A stretch of DNA of 56,646 bases, filler included, from Platydemus manokwari (GCA_037951405.1; 5 parts of 5 records of this genome joined end to end with filler, not necessarily neighbours in it), one strand, 5' to 3'; shown: positions 37,138 through 53,396, counted from the first letter of the whole stretch. Numbers and translations: made by a program. Notes: generated by a model not told the origin, from the letters alone.

Positions 37138-40100
37138 AAATATTAGTCATATTTCCAATTGATATTTTATGAGTGATATATTATTGTTGTCCGGCTGTTT
37201 CTAGAAAAATAAATGATGAAAAATTTGGTGTTAATTATCATAACTTGGTTTCGTTAATTTTTAAATCAATATTTTCTGTTTTAAATAATAATAATAATTT
37301 CATTGGTTAATGGTTTAATGGTAAAATGTTAAAAACAAATTATCAACGTAACTGAGAATTATAACTAATGCAAACAATGAGTTGTTAACAATGATTTTGT
37401 TTTAATTTATTGTACTTTGATTCAATTTACAGACGGATAAAAACTGATTGTTGAAAGTGATGTTTTTAAAAACAAGACTCGTCTCAGAAGAAATAAGGTA
37501 TAATGCATTAGACACTTTTATACCAAAGTAAGATAAGTAAATCACAACATGATGAAGATCAACAGGTATCTAGGCTCTGATGCTTGCTTTGGAAATATGT
37601 GTTTCTGCTATCGTTGACTGATTTCAGATTTAGATTATTAATTCACTGATCAGTTGTTCTGATTCGTATGTGTTATCTCCCGACATGGTGTTTCTTCGTC
37701 TATATTGTGTATAATTTGAGTTGACAGTGTGTTCCGTCTCCATTGGAATGCGTTAATGGTGCTTGGATAACTTATTACAGTAATATGTAATCTATGACTC
37801 TTAAAAATGAGATTTTCTCATTCTATGAACAAGGCAGGATTTGAGTGTAGCTGAATACGCTATAACATTAAAGGAATTACCCACGGAGACTTGTGATTTA
37901 ATATATGTTACACTAGAGGAAAGAGAACAAATAGTAATAAATCAGTTTAAAAGGGAAAGTTATGATAATTACAACTATGTGATTTAGGCGTTAAGTAAGA
38001 CACGAAGAAAGAAAGCAGTTATCGGTTTGGTAAACGATGAAGAAACATATTATGTCACTTATTTAGAAATAGAGACCAATAAATACACATATAATTCAGT
38101 TAATATAGAGACATTTAAAAATGAAATAGATGATCAATTTATCTAACAATTAGAAAGGAATTCAGCTAAATAATGTTCAATAATAATTAAGAATCATTTT
38201 AAGCCGATGAAATAAACACAGAGCAAATGAAAATGCTGTTACTTTTGGGTTTTTATTGATGATATTAGAATGATGATTATTATGAATGCTGTAGATTCTG
38301 TTTATTATTTTCTTTTTCCATATTAGATTTTAAAATGATTTTACAAATCCTCCTGCATTAATAATTTTTATTTATTTCTCGCCCACATTTTAAAATACAC
38401 ATATATTTATAATTTATATTTATAAATTTTATTATTATTATTAATATTATTATTTCGTCTATTATTTCCAAAAATACTTTAATTTTATAATAAAAATAAT
38501 TTTAGCAGATTAATGAATATTTTTAAACCATGAAGTTTATTCAAAAACTTACACAAAATTATTACACAATATTCACAAATAAATCGTATTCATGCAAAAA
38601 GTCAGAGTTAAAATAAAATCAAGTGATAAAATAAAATCACTAAAGAGTTAAATCAAAAATCACAATCTGATCACCAAATGTTTTCATTGATGTTTGTTTA
38701 CCTTCCACTTGGATCTTTGCAAGCATTGATAGGAAGATTGAGATCAGGATTGTTTGGATTTGGTCTTGTGTTCAGATAGACTGAAGATAGGGATATAGTT
38801 GACGTTGACCTCGCTTTGTAACAATATAGAATGTTCCGTAAATAAATAATGTATTTTATTCTAATATATAGTTAATGTATAATTGAAAGCTGTGATAAAT
38901 GTTAATATCTTTGTGAATATTATCTTGAAAAATTATGAAATCTTATTATTATGCTCAATTCTTTAAATAGCACATTTTTGTGGAAAATCGATTTATTTTA
39001 TGATTTAGTTTTATAATCGAGGTGAAACTTTTTTAAAATAATTTAAAACTCCCGGGTTAACAGCTGAAATTTCATATAAATAATTTACATTGAAATCCAT
39101 TAGAATTTAATGAATTGGAATACGAACTATTGAACCAAAACAAATCCCCAATAAAGCGGAATAAGAAATTAGATGAATAAAAATGTTAAAGAAATAAAAG
39201 AATAAACAACAATTAATAAATAAAAGTTTCCCGAAAAATTGAAAACTATATCTAACTAATTAATAACCCTTATTAATGACCCTGGAATAAAAGCAATATA
39301 AATAGGCTAAGATAGCCAAGCAAAACCCCAATTAATTAAAACCACTGGAAAAAACCTTATTATTTGAAGTAAGAACCAAGTTTACTAATATTAGAATCAA
39401 ACGTCGAAAAGTTCCGTCATCAAAGCCATTATGTCCAGTATTTTACTTGAAGTATTGTTAAGCACCCCCAAACCTACCTGAGAGGGACTGAAAATGAGCG
39501 TTTCAATCCGATAAAATGATCCTTGATTTATAGTCTATATATCAAGCTCTACAATCTTGAGACTATCTTACCTGCAAAATAATTATGGGATCTTATCGAA
39601 CACAAACAGTTCAGGAATTTTTTAGGTCTGTGGATTCGTTTATCAAAATTGTAATCCATTTTTATTCATGATTTAACCAAAGTGTAATTGCTACTCTAAA
39701 TATATTGTATTGATATGTAAAGTATTTGTCATATTCTGGAGTGAATAGGAGTTGTAAAGTTCCTGTCATTCTTAATAAAGAAATCATTCATTAACTTTTA
39801 GTGGTGAAAGAGTGTTTAATATTGAATCACACTATTTAAGAGAGTCAGATAAACACAATAATTCGAGTGAGAAAATGGTGTTAAGATCATGAGTTGTATA
39901 AAGTTTAATATTAATACCAGAAACTACACTATGTATCAAATTATATATAAAGGACCTTACAACCTCTAGTAAAAAGAAGGGTTAACTATCTCCAACTGGA
40001 GAAGTAGAACCTTTAACTTCAAGAACTTTGAGCAAAAACTCTATAATATGAAATATAGATAAATATAATATAGATAAGTATTTTACAGTCTTACTTTGGG

Positions 40101-41454
40101 TCTTCCAGTAAAATATCGCGCATATACAGGAATATTGGGCTTCTGCACCAGATGATCTACCACAGTACGTCAAATTGAAATTGTGGTCAGCGAAATTTTG
40201 ATTGCGAAAAATAATGGCCGTGTTGATTGTGATTGCTGCCTTAAATAGGCAGTGTGAATCACTCGCAGATATTCTTTTGAGATTAAATCTAATGCCAGTG
40301 AATTTATTCACTGGTGAGAGAAAATCTCTCTGAATATATTGTTAAATATAAAAATGGCAAACAATTATAAATAATCTATTAATCACAATTATACAAATTT
40401 ACCTCAAAACAATCAAATAAAATGTTNNNNNNNNNNNNNNNNNNNNNNNNNNNNNNNNNNNNNNNNNNNNTTAATTAATTAANNNNNNNNNNNNNNNNNN
40501 NNNNNNNNNNNNNNNNNNNNNNNNNNATTTCATTAAATAAATATTTTAAAAAATGTTTTTGTTTTTTTAAAAAAAAGCCGGAATCATACTAATACACCTA
40601 ATAGATTCTAAAATATTCTTCACAGCATGTTTATCTCGTTTTTTTCTTTGTAATTAAGTTCGTAGTCGCAATAACGACTAACAAATAGTAACGATCAGGA
40701 AATTCTCCATCTTCTTTTTCAATTCGAGTTCGTCGAAGCCCAAAAATTTGAGAGCGATCTTCTCCATCATCAACTACTTATATAATCTTTTCCCCGTGGA
40801 TAATATGAGTAATCCATTTGATAATATTTTTTCTATTATTGGCTGATTATAATTATTGATTTATATATTTCTCCTAAAATGAATAGTTCGTTTGATTTCA
40901 ACAACAGCTTTAATCGAAGTATTATTTATATTGCTTTTTGTTCAGCAGTCTGGCTCACCAAAATTGTTGGGTTATCAATCAATATTTTTAGATCCGAATC
41001 CACCCACAATAAGTCACAGACAACATATTACGCCCACAAACATAATAATAATAATTAAAATAAATCAAATCCTATAAATATAATTTAATAATTACAAAAA
41101 TAGATTAGAAACTAAAAATAGAATTTATTAATTCCAAAAATAGATCAGAAATAAAAATAGGATTTTAAAATCCCATAAATAGAAAAATCATGATTTGTCA
41201 CAGTTATAACGAAAAGTAGTATAAAAGCAGCCGGAGAAACAGAACAAATCGCCAAAAAAGTTAACTAAGATTTTTAACTAACAGAAAAAGTTAACTAACA
41301 GAAAACTACGAGCAACGAGAAAAGTTACTTAGTAACGAGACAAGCATAGGAATCTCCGTAACAAGCCAACCGATTTAAGCAGCGAGGTACAAAGTGACTT
41401 ATTGATTGATTTTCATACCGTGTCTTCGTTTTTCTCCCATTTTTTAATAGTTTT

Positions 41455-41712
41455 TATTTCATTGTACGGTTCACCCATATCATGAATCTTGCCCTGTGGA
41501 TAAGCAAACCACGTCTCACCAGTTCTTTGTTTACACAATTTTAATCATTCAATTGTTATTTAATTTGTAAATTGAATTGATTCATAATTATATTTTACTA
41601 TCGCTGCGTTATTGTTATTTATTGTCTTATTATTATTTATATTTAAATTCATCTACTTCTAACGAACGCAGCCAATCATTTGGAGTCTGGTTGGCACAAC
41701 GAACGAGCACAT
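41455..41712 (-). repeat. Dispersed repeat family, inverted copy of 21915-22170
   Basis: Reverse-complement similarity as described for the first copy. Confidence 0.8.
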
Positions 41713-44700
41713 TTAAACAACAGCCAACACACAAACCGATAATACCTTAAAAACCAATAAATAATTTAGATCTGAAAATTGTATTAACTAAAATATTACA
41801 CTCAAAGTCTCGACAGCAACATCAAATCTTTGCACAATTCACAAAGAAAATCACTCAAGACGGGACCGTCGCACGAAAGTCAAAAAACAGAATGAAGAGT
41901 CATAAAAAACTGATTAAAGTTACCGACTATAAAAGATTGGCAGGAATCTATAGAACTCAATTTCTTTTATAGTCTTATCAAGTGTGTCTGTTTGGATCTT
42001 TGTCTACTTGAAATTTTTCTCGCATATCCCGTGCTATTGGCGGATATTTGAGCTTGCTGTTGTTTGTAGGCATGTGCTTGTCGATTCTTAGCTTCTAAAT
42101 ATGGATTAACATTAGAATGAATCTTATTGGTTAACGGCATGTGTGTTTATTGGGTTTGTGTGTATTGACATTTTTAGGATTCTTTTCTTGGTTTTTCTAA
42201 TCCTTCTGATTGATTTGTGACCTACCCTTCTAAGTTGCTATTTATTTATTTTCAATAGATTTTAATTATATTTATTTTATGTTAGGTGATAAGTTAGGCC
42301 GGATTAGTCATTTATGATTTTTATTGGAGGTCTTACAGATGCCTTTCAAACTTTGATTATCCAGATGGCACTGACGATCTTTCAAAAATATTTCATCAAT
42401 CCATTAAACTGGGAGATTTAAAGGGCTCCTTTTCTTAACTTAAGTATAAATAATTGTTTACCTGTAGATTTGAAAATTTTGATTTAATAAATTTTTAAAT
42501 TCAAGCTACCAAAAGTATTATATAGTTTGGGATCCCCACCCAATACTTATTATTTGTATTATTAATACTTATAATTATATACTCACTATCAACTCACATG
42601 TACATAAAAAACAATATGAGCAGCACACATAAAATAATACAAAACATAATTTGGGCCACATCAATCTAGCCGAACCCTCAATCCAATCCAGCCCAGAACA
42701 CATCTCGATGAGGATATTTGACGATTAAGAGCCCTGTAACAGTTATGATCCTCGTGTTATATTGATATTTACAATTACATTGGAAAAGCTTTAGTTTTTC
42801 TGTAAAACTTTTGTGTTGACATTTTTATGATGAATAACTTTTATAATGTATAATCTTACGGAGCGGAGGAGAAAAAGAGAAGATGGGTTGGCAGATTTTA
42901 GAAATTATAAAATAAAAATAATAAGAATAAATAATAATATTTACAAGAGAATAAATAATAAAATTGATACATAATAAGTCATGTGAAATAAATAATAAAA
43001 TATAATATTATATATTTACAATTACTGTAATCACCCAAGTATAATATTCCCCCTACTTTTAAATTTAAAAACTGGTCTTTTTTGACATACCCAAGTACAA
43101 CGCTCCCCTAAGTTTTCAAATTTTTCTGTTAAAAAATTAAGATTTTTTGTGAATAAAATTTTATTTCAGACAATTACATTTTCTGGAATTCAATCAGAAA
43201 TTACTTTGTTATCAAGGCAGTTTTTGAGCGATTTTTGTCTTCTCCCTTAGGCTTAGGCCATTTCTCTTCATGAACCTGTGGACCCAATTTAGAGACCCAA
43301 TTAACTCACGTAGTAATCTAAAATTTAATTGCGTAATAGTCAATTGCGTTGAGGTGATTGATTAGCTAATTTAATATTGCAGCGTTCTCAACCAGTTTCG
43401 TCATCACCAAGGTGGACTAATTCATCCATTAAACTAAACCTTTAGATAACAGTATTTATAAATCTTCTATTAGCGAAGTCTTCATACCCGCTATTGAAGC
43501 CCCTTAATAGCCAGTTAAATAAATTAAAATAAACCATAACACCCATACCAAAATATTTAATATATATAATTAAACTATATCGTTTTCGTAAGTCAGTAAA
43601 ACAAATCTACAATTTTATTTTCGGACTCCTTTTCTCTTAACTTTAATAAGAAGAGCACGATAATTCCAAAATATAATGAAATCTTAAAGTGAAAAATTAA
43701 TTAATATTCTCTCAATCAGCTTTAAGCGTAATTCTAGTCGTAACATGATAATTTCATTCAATATATCGATTGTCATGATTAAATTATTGTTTTAATCTTA
43801 TTCATCTTCATTCAAAAACAGTATTCTTTGATAAACAATGAATTTCGTTTGAAAAATTATTTGAATCTAAACTTTTATTTTCATAAAATCATTGAGATCG
43901 CTTTCAGAAAAATTATGTCAATATTTTGTTGATATTCAGCGAACTCACAAAATTTATTAACCAAATCAATATTTGTTTTAGATCGAGAGAGAAAATTATA
44001 AAAAAAATTATTTTGAATTCCGTATGTTGCTTATAGTCATCATGGAATTTAGAGCACAAAATTTAATTTATTTTAATATCAATAAAATAATTGATTATCG
44101 AGAAAACAACTTTGAAAAGACTTCGTTAAGCTTCGACATTGAATCTGGATTTGTTCTAACCATAATAATGCAGCTCTAATGAGAATTTACACAATAAAAA
44201 TAAAATAAATAATAGATCATTATAGTGAAAAGAATAATTTAATTTCGGCACCTTTGCCCATGTCCTAGAAGGATTTTCGATCTGTTTTCGATCATGTCTC
44301 AGTGACTTGCATCTTATTCGCTTACTGACGTACTTTACAATACATTACAAAAGTATTTTTATCAAATAGGCATAGACGATTACTGCTCTTCCATGTGGCA
44401 GTTTATGTCGCAATTTGTATCGATTAAGTTTGACAACATTTGCATAAACGCTATAATTACTTTGTAAACAAACATATAGTTTAAATTAGTTTGTTCGAAT
44501 GGTGCAGAGACCTTTGAAAGAAAATAATCAAAACAAAGGTTTCACAGGCCTTTTCAATCACAACTTAATGAAACAAAATTCAACCAGAAAAATAAACACC
44601 ACCGAAACATGATTTTCATTATTTACAAAATATTTTATGTTTATCCTGTGACTTCCAGTACTTCTTTAAAACCCTTCGTTTTAATCCCAACTCGCAATCA

Positions 44701-47213
44701 TATTCAAAAACATAGATACACGCATAACTAGTTAAGAAGAAAGATCACAGCAAACTTATTATTGGATAACGAATTTTTATAACTCACACAAAATTTACAG
44801 ACGAACAAAGAATCTATCGAAAATTCTTTGCAAGGAAATAACCAATCAAAATCACATCATTATTTTAATTAAATAGTTTATTGAAAAATCGAGAAGTACG
44901 ATGTACAATATCATTCTCAAATTATACGATTTAAATGGACCTTTAGAGTATATTTTACCACGTTTCCTGTGTTGGTCTTGTGATTGATTCTCTTGAACAA
45001 AGCTCAAATCAAAAACTTATTCGATTAACATAACAGAAAATTTTGAGCTTTCAGTCAGTAATTCCAGAAATATGAATACTATTTTAGTTATTTGATAAAA
45101 TTCAATTATAAATATAATTTTTATTGTTTATAATCTTGTTTAATTTGCTTAAAATGCTTCACTTAAATACCCACTAAAGGCCTGCTACCCCGCGCTTTAT
45201 ATTGTGATAATAAATTATAATATCAACAATATGACTGTTATGATTTTGATGGCCATCCTTTAAAATTTGCTTTCTTACCTTGATATATTTTAGTAGTCAC
45301 ATTAGACAACTCATAATCAGCATATATGTAATTGTTTTCATTGTAATTCATATCTAGGTTAAAAATACGAAAACGATACTTAAAATAAAATATTCAATTT
45401 GTTTTTTGTCGTAAAATAACTTTACAGTTTATTTAATTAAATTCGTCGAAAATTTTTTGACTTTTTATTTAATTATCTGTAATGAACTTCAGTAGTATGA
45501 AATCAAAAATTAAATAAACAATATCCTTAAAATTTTCAACATATTTAATTTAATTTATCTTTTTCCTTTTCGACATTTTAAAAAGTGTACAATCAAATGA
45601 GTACCATGAATAAATCAAACTTCACAAAATGGTGAAAATATTGTGAAAATAGAGCTAAAAAGATTTTAAAGATATTATTTAAGATTTTTCGATATCATGA
45701 TTGCTTTGGATTTCCAGTCTAAAATCAAATCCTACGATTCCAGGGTGAAGATACAATTAATATTCAATGTGTGATTTGATATTTATTGCCTAATCAATCG
45801 TTTATGTGATTTATTTGATGCATTCCGCTGCCTTCCTAATTTTGGTCATCAACATGACAATATTATCCATTCGAAATGCTTCATCAGTTCATAAAACCGA
45901 GATATTTACAATCATAATAACGAAGAACAGTTAATTCTTACAGTTTTAATCTAAAATTAAAATTTACATAAATAAAAATATTTGTTTGTGCAAAATCGAA
46001 ACATTTCAAAAAGTTTTCACCGAATGCTTTAAATTTTGATACAACATTGCTTTCGAATCCATGGATGTTTTCACTGACATGGGTTAGACATTTATATATT
46101 TCATATTTTCTTAATTAATCTGAGTTGGAATTAAGATATTTTCTCATTCTATGTATGAAAAAGAATGAACTAAAAAGAATAAAAAAAACTATTTAATTTT
46201 AAAAAGCTATGAACCAGATCGGGCTACAGTGACGTGTTTCCCGGATATGACTAGTTATTCATAAAAATAAACAGTAAATGAAAATATAGTAGTTTTATTA
46301 GTTTCGCTTATGACTGAGGTCAGTTTTCTTCCACATCAAATGAAGTGAAAATCCTATTATAGTTGTAATTTTTTATGAAATAACAATGCCTTTGATCCGT
46401 TAGAAACCATCAAAATAATTGTTGGGTTATTGGTGATGTTTAAATGTTGTTCTGTCAACTCAACAGCGTGAGTTCCTTTGTTATATCAATAAATCAATGA
46501 CATTCAAATTCACTAAAAAATTTATTTATAGTAAAAACCAATTTGCACACAAAAATTTAGCTCAAACAATTTGACTCAAACTAACAAATTTATATAAACA
46601 AATGAGTGAGATTATCTCATAGAGACCGTGGGAACCCAAACTAGTGCCTTATGAATTTTTATTATAGATTTTATATGTTATATTAATTCCAAAGGCAGAT
46701 CCTTTAGAGTATGGATATACTTTATTTATCTTCACTCAAAAAAATATATAATTATATTAGTGTTGATCCTTTACCGTCTAAAACTTCATTCCAATTTTTG
46801 ATTCAAGAAAATATCTCTGTCGTATAAATTTTCGTTTCAGCTTAATTCAAAGATATTACTGTATCATATTTTGTCGAGAATGAATTGTGATTCAGCAGGT
46901 TATATAGATGCTGAGATTCGGTACTTTGTATCTAGGATTGTCCATGACTCTTGTAAATTTTGAACCATTATTTTACCTTAGACCCTAAATATTTATTTTT
47001 TTAAAAGTCCTCAGTCTTAAAATTTTTATTAAATTGTCTGACCTTAAAAATTTTATTATCAAATAATTAATCTTAGAAATTAAATATTAAATTTCTTTTT
47101 CACTCTGTCTTATTCCTTACCTGAATTATAAAAAATAATATATATTTTTTGCATATCTGATTATAATAATATATATTTTTTATTCCTTATTTTAATATCA
47201 TTTATTTTTACGT

Positions 47214-47268
47214 GATTACATATCATAAAAAATAATTACATATCATAAGCAATAATTACATATCATAA
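47214..47268. repeat. Short tandem repeat, 3 x about 20 bp with ATTACATATCATAA core
   Basis: Three successive copies are directly visible. Confidence 0.8.
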
Positions 47269-47379
47269 AAATACTACAAGTTCTGTACAAATCAAAATTG
47301 AAAGATTAAAAGTTAAAAAGAGTCAAAATCTCGATCAAGTTATTTAAAAGTCAAAATATCATAAAAGTCATTATTAGAA

Positions 47380-47760
47380 ATTGTTTGGATTGGATTGTCG
47401 ATTTTTCGAATGAGTTGGATTGTAGGATTTTTGAGATTGTTTGTCGCAGATTCCGGTTCGAATTCTTGCCGACATCAGGCATCCAAATCTACACTCCAGC
47501 TTTGGGTGGTACAAGTTTCCCACTTTGGGTTTGGCTTTATAGGTTTGGTGAAAATCGGTGTAGCGGGTCTTTGTTGTTTTATGAGGGATGTTCTTGGCTT
47601 TTTAAACACCGGTTCTATGGATTCTTTAGATGGTTTGATCGCGGGTTTCTGAGGTGGTTGCTGTTGCTGTTGTTTTTCCCTCCATTCACTATAAGAGCTA
47701 ATGGTGAAAGAGTTTTTCTTTTTCGATCTCCTCACTGTCTGAGTAGAGCATTAATCGTTC
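47380..47760 (-). pseudogene. Degenerate Pro/Lys/Gln-rich coding remnant, probably transposon-derived
   Basis: Minus frame QQQQQPPQKPAIKPSKESIEPVFKKPR... interrupted by a stop, with locally higher GC. No family motif recognised. Confidence 0.3.
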
Positions 47761-50700
47761 TATGTTGTTTTCCCAAGATAATTCTAAAATTCATTAATCC
47801 ATCATTACCTTATCAAATGAGAAGCACAGTTCGGAACATTCTATTTAGTCAAATCAATACATCTTATTAATGCATTAATCATGTTTATATCATCCCATTC
47901 AATACCAATACTCGATTAGTATCATCCAAATCAATAACTCAATTGAAAATCAAAGTCGATGTTCACTGTAGATTACTTGTGTTGGCAAGTGGACTTTGGC
48001 AAAGATATTTAATTCTCTAAGTTCCATAACCCATAATAACCGAGGTTCCATAATAATCCAAATGTACAGTAACTCACACATTCGACTACAGTTTGCGATT
48101 ATGTAACAATAAGGCGATTATTACGAGGTTCTACAATAATTTTATTATTTTGTAAAATAAAACGATTTAGTGAGTCCTGATAAGCTTTAGGAAAACAGGT
48201 ATTAGAAACAGATACCTGGCATTTGTTCAGACAGAAGTTCGAGAATATTTTACCGAAACTAGATGAGTATGTGGGTATGATCAACTAATTTTAAACAACA
48301 ACACAAACCCACTAATCACAATATCCAAACAGAATAACGACAAAATAAATCTGAATTCAATGGACAACAATTCACAACCCTGTACAAAAAATCTCAAGCA
48401 CTCAGAGTTTTCAACAATTTTTTATTTCTTAATGTGAACCCTTAGATCAGCTACAGAAGCTCATCTCATTGATGGTGCACCAAAAAGTTCGAGTAAAAAA
48501 CTATTAATTTAATGTAAAAATAAATGGTACAATTAATATAAATAACAGAATTTGATAGGCTAGGCATACACCACGTTAAACATCTCATTGATAACTACAA
48601 ACCACAAAATAAAATTAAAGCAATTCCAGTACGCAATGCACCCTTAACAATTCAAAAGACAATCAAACCCATTTAGCAGACAATGACCTTTATTTGAACA
48701 ACAAAATAATCTTGATTAAAATCAAGTTCAACCCGTCACATAAAATGATGCATTCATAAAACTTGCAAACGATGACCCCTACCATAAAAACCTACTTCCA
48801 CAAATACAATGTCTAATAATCCCAGATTCATTCACAAAACCTGTAGACAGGTAGTGCAAAACTCTATAACAATGTATTCGTGATCAGCGCAACAAGCCAA
48901 CAATCAATTGTCAGAGACTAGTGACGAAATAAATTTGACAATAAAAACTTTAATGATTGATTAATGGACTTCATCGTGATGGCTCGGGTGATAAATTAAC
49001 ATTCAGCGTATGTTTGAATTTTTGTCTCTCAAAATTATTTTCCCGTGTTATTTTGCTGTTGGATAAGTTAGCTTCCTAGTTGTATAACTTTTATTCTTAT
49101 AAAGACCCAAAAATCTAGTTAATAATTTGATTTTTCCATTAAGGTCTTTATTTGGATATCAAATTGGAGGATTTTCCTCGAAGGAAAAGCAGTGATATAA
49201 CAATCAGATAGATAAAATAGTACAGATAAAATTGCCATTTATAAATAAATATTAAAGTAAATAAAGATTAGAACAACCATTAATAAAATAAATAAGCAAA
49301 ACTTAAAACCAATAATGTAAAAGAACAACGATGGAAAAATTAATAATAATTATTATTATTAAAGACAAAAATTAATCAAGTAATAAAAGCGATATCAAGA
49401 AAAATAGAAATTTAAGAACAAAATTCTGAAATAACATAATGGTAAGCTTATAGAAAACGAAAGGGATCCGAATACTTACTTTAAAGTTCAAGGTCTAAAT
49501 AAGCGAGTTATATTGTTTAACAACTGATCATTACTATAAACTATTTTATCTCATATTATTGAGTTTTGCCTCAAATATCTTAAGGTAATTGGTTTTGATC
49601 CCAGAGTACTTCAGTCTATAAATGCAAACGTCATATCGTTATTGTTTAGGTTTCGTCACAAGGTTCATTGCATACAGAATTTTTAAAATCAAATCGTAAT
49701 TTTTATAATTTTATTCAATTGCAGTAAGAGTCAATTTAGTTAATAAAGTTTGGTTTTCCAGAGGTTCGTTATTGATTGAAATAGTAAGGATAGTTGCCAG
49801 TACGTTTAAGGTTTTTATAAGATTGAGACTGATTATAAAAATATAGGACTGGGTTTGAAACACATATTATCTCCATACAATGTTGTCGGGCGAGATAAAA
49901 ATAATAATAAGTACTATATGTTGAATATAAATGATGAAATACTTATAAATAATTTATTAATCACAATAATACAACTTTACCTCCAAAACAGTCTAACACA
50001 ATATCCAACATAAACGCAAAAATGACATCTAATACTCTGGCAGCTAAATATGCTGGCATCCAATACACTGGCATTTGACCATCTCGGTATCATTATTTGT
50101 ATTCGTGTTTTGTGTGTTTCGCTCTTAATTGATTGTTTTGTTTATTGCATTTTCATTGGGTCCGACGATCATAAGATATGGGGATTAGTAAATCCCTATG
50201 CGTGTCTCCTCGTGTTATCATGTCTCTCGGAAAATTATGATTTTTCTGTTTAAGTCATCTGTGATTCGTTGGTTGTCAAGCTTGTATGATTATGCAGGTG
50301 TGCCAATGTTTAAATTGCTAAAACAAGGATTTCAAGGTATGAAATCGTTTTTCTTTTTCAGGATTTTGTCTTCATTCAACAGTGTTGTGTAATCAAATCT
50401 CAGAAATGACAAAAGTTTTAAACAATAAATTATTAGCAATGATAAAGCGGAGAACATCAAATAATAAGTTAATAATTATTTGCGTCCTATGAAACAAATT
50501 AATTATTTTTTTCCAGAAAACAGTCTCATCATAACATAGTCAAACGAATTAGTATAAATACTCAAAACCAACTCAGTTAGAGACCCTAAATTTCTGAAAC
50601 TATCAGCTGTCTATAAAGTCAGAACGAAACAGAATTATTTCATTTAAATTGTTAGTAAAAGTTGTGCAACCAGTTCCACCAGTATTATATGCTCAGTTGC

Positions 50701-53396
50701 CTTAGTGAAAGTTTTGTGCATTCGAGGATCAATCAATCTATTTGAGCATTGATTCGTAAGGAAATATAATATATTAACTAATCTGCAATTTATAACCATA
50801 ACGTTCTATATTTCACAACCAGCGAACTGCCTTGATCAAGATACCGCCACAATATAGCAGAATGGCATGGTTATCGAAAATGTACTAAAAGTTAGTCGAC
50901 TTGAAATAATTTGTACCAGATTTATTTTGTTTTATTGAATTACCATCATTTATAAGGTGTTATTTCTTATTAACCATAAATTTTATTTAACAAGGTCGAA
51001 TTCGAATTCGTAATATACGTAGGAATTGTCATTTGTGAGAACTTTCTTTGGTCAATTGCTTAATATTTTTCTCATTTGAAGTAATAACTGTCAATGCATT
51101 GTATCATATTTTATTGGTCGGAACCGTCATTGATATAGTTGATTGCAATTGATAGAGTTAAATTTAAAGACACTATCGAATTTATCAGTAATAAGTTTTG
51201 CTAAAAAAATTAAATACTTTTGAGGCATTTATACAAGTGGCTGATGGTATACTTATTATTATCATATAATAAGATGGTGCGTGGCCAAGATGAAGTTAAA
51301 ATTAGCTATAGGCATAATTGTATACTTATACATGTTTATGCACAAAATTAACAAAAGTATTCATGAAAATCATAAGAATAACCATTAAACGGTTTATATA
51401 CATAGATTCAATAACGAGTCTTTTTGGTTGGTAACTTCTATTCTATTTCGAATTCTATTTTAAGATATTTTTATGACAATCAGTTTTTATTGTTGGCCTC
51501 TGGTTTTTTGCTTAACTTTCGAATTCTGATACCATGTTGCTTGATTAACTATAGTCGGTCTTTTGTGGTTTCTAATTGAGTTTGATGACAAATCGAGCTT
51601 GGTAATTAATTCTAGTTTAAATTACAATTTGCATTATTCAGATTCAATTAATATTCTAACAAAATGTTTAATGGATAACCACGGATTGACTATAAGATTG
51701 GAACTTCGTTTGTAGAATCGAGATACCACCCCAATATACCAAGCAAGATATTATAAAATTTATTAGCCTACAAACGTCTGATTCCAGTTGTGTTATATTT
51801 TATTATTTAAACTGGCATTTATTTATTTTTGCTTTATGCTATCAAGATAATTAGAACAACAGCTTTTAAGTTTATGTGAAGTGTGTTCGGTTTATAAGCT
51901 TTATTAAGGTTTTTTATTGGTAATTACTTACGAACATACCTATCATTTCGTCACCCAATATTGTATATTTTTAATTTTGAGATAAATTAATGTGATTCCT
52001 GATTTGATAGGATTCGATTTTCAATTTTGAATTTTTCTCTTGTTATTAATACAAACAATAATTAAATAAATTTAACTGGAATCAAGATTCAAAAAAACGG
52101 AAAATAGGATTAATTTTTTCAAGTATAATTTAAATAATAAGTTTTAAACATCTTGATAACAACTTAGTGTTCAGGTACTGAAGAGAAGGAGATTTACCAT
52201 TTTTGAGACAGTCTTGAAAATCGTCAGATTCTTCATTAATAAAGTCCTAAATAAAATACAAAATGATTTTTATATTCTATCTTGTGGATTTAAACATGTG
52301 TGCAAAAAGGAAATTATAATTTATATTCTCTTTTCAATATCAAGACTATTAATATAATTTCTAAATCAAAATTCACTTGGTTATGAATTAGCTAATATCC
52401 GAATAGCTCATAAAAAATGTATAAACCAACCTCTGAATTTCAAAACCTTTGTGATGAATTTATAAATTAAATTATTTGCAAATTCAAATTTTATGAGCGA
52501 AAACTCTTATTTTTCTTGTGATGTAGAAGATAAGTTCAAAATTAATTTTTCATATAATATCTAAAATATCAAAACAAAGAAGTTTGTCAAAATTTTATAA
52601 AATATAAAAAACTCCTATAGATTTTTAAAACAAATTAAATTTAAAAAATATTTATTGTTCACAGACTTTATGTTTATTGGAATGTTTATTGGATATCTGA
52701 ACATACTGTTCATAGGATTGGAACATAGTTCAGAGAATTGAGATACCATCGAAAAATCTCGAAAGCTTCATCAATGTGATTTTTAAATTTGGACCACATT
52801 GGCATTTAACAATACATTTATAAAAGAAATTCACATAATTAATTTACACGTAATACTCATATACACTGATATAATAATTATGTTTTTTGGATAACTGCGC
52901 AATTTACGGCTAATATACCATCCAAAAAATAATATTTGGATTATTCTCTCATTATAAATATTATTTATTTCATTATTACTATAAATATGAAGGAAATCAT
53001 AACACAACATCGTTAACTGATAAAAATGATAACAATTGAATTTGAATGATAGCGCGTTCCAATAAAAAAGAATTATTAATGGACCATCAACGAGTAAAAT
53101 GTTTCAAAATAACGAGTAAATTTTAATTGGAATGATATCAACTTGCAATTATTCTATTTCATAAATATTGTGTTCATGGCTATCACAATAAAGTTGGATT
53201 TTATCCAATATTTTTCATTTCAAACCATTAATATCATTGAAAATAATACAAAGCATTTTCTACAATCATTGATTTTATTATTATTTTAATTTCTATTAAC
53301 ACTGATCATAATAATTTTCATTTGCAATCATGATTTAAGTTTTGAAAAATTTTGTTTTTAAAAGTTTAATTTTCTTAACATAATAATTTTATTATT

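Noticed and set aside
39230-39480. Possible mitochondrial insertion (T/G-rich minus strand, YIAFIPG resembling cox1)
   Set aside because: Flanking cox1 motifs (HPEVY, GGGDP) are absent and the frames contain TAG stops.
47385-47870. 161-aa plus-strand hydrophobic ORF
   Set aside because: Its composition reflects the reverse complement of a Pro/Lys/Gln-rich remnant; no ATG start and no domain.
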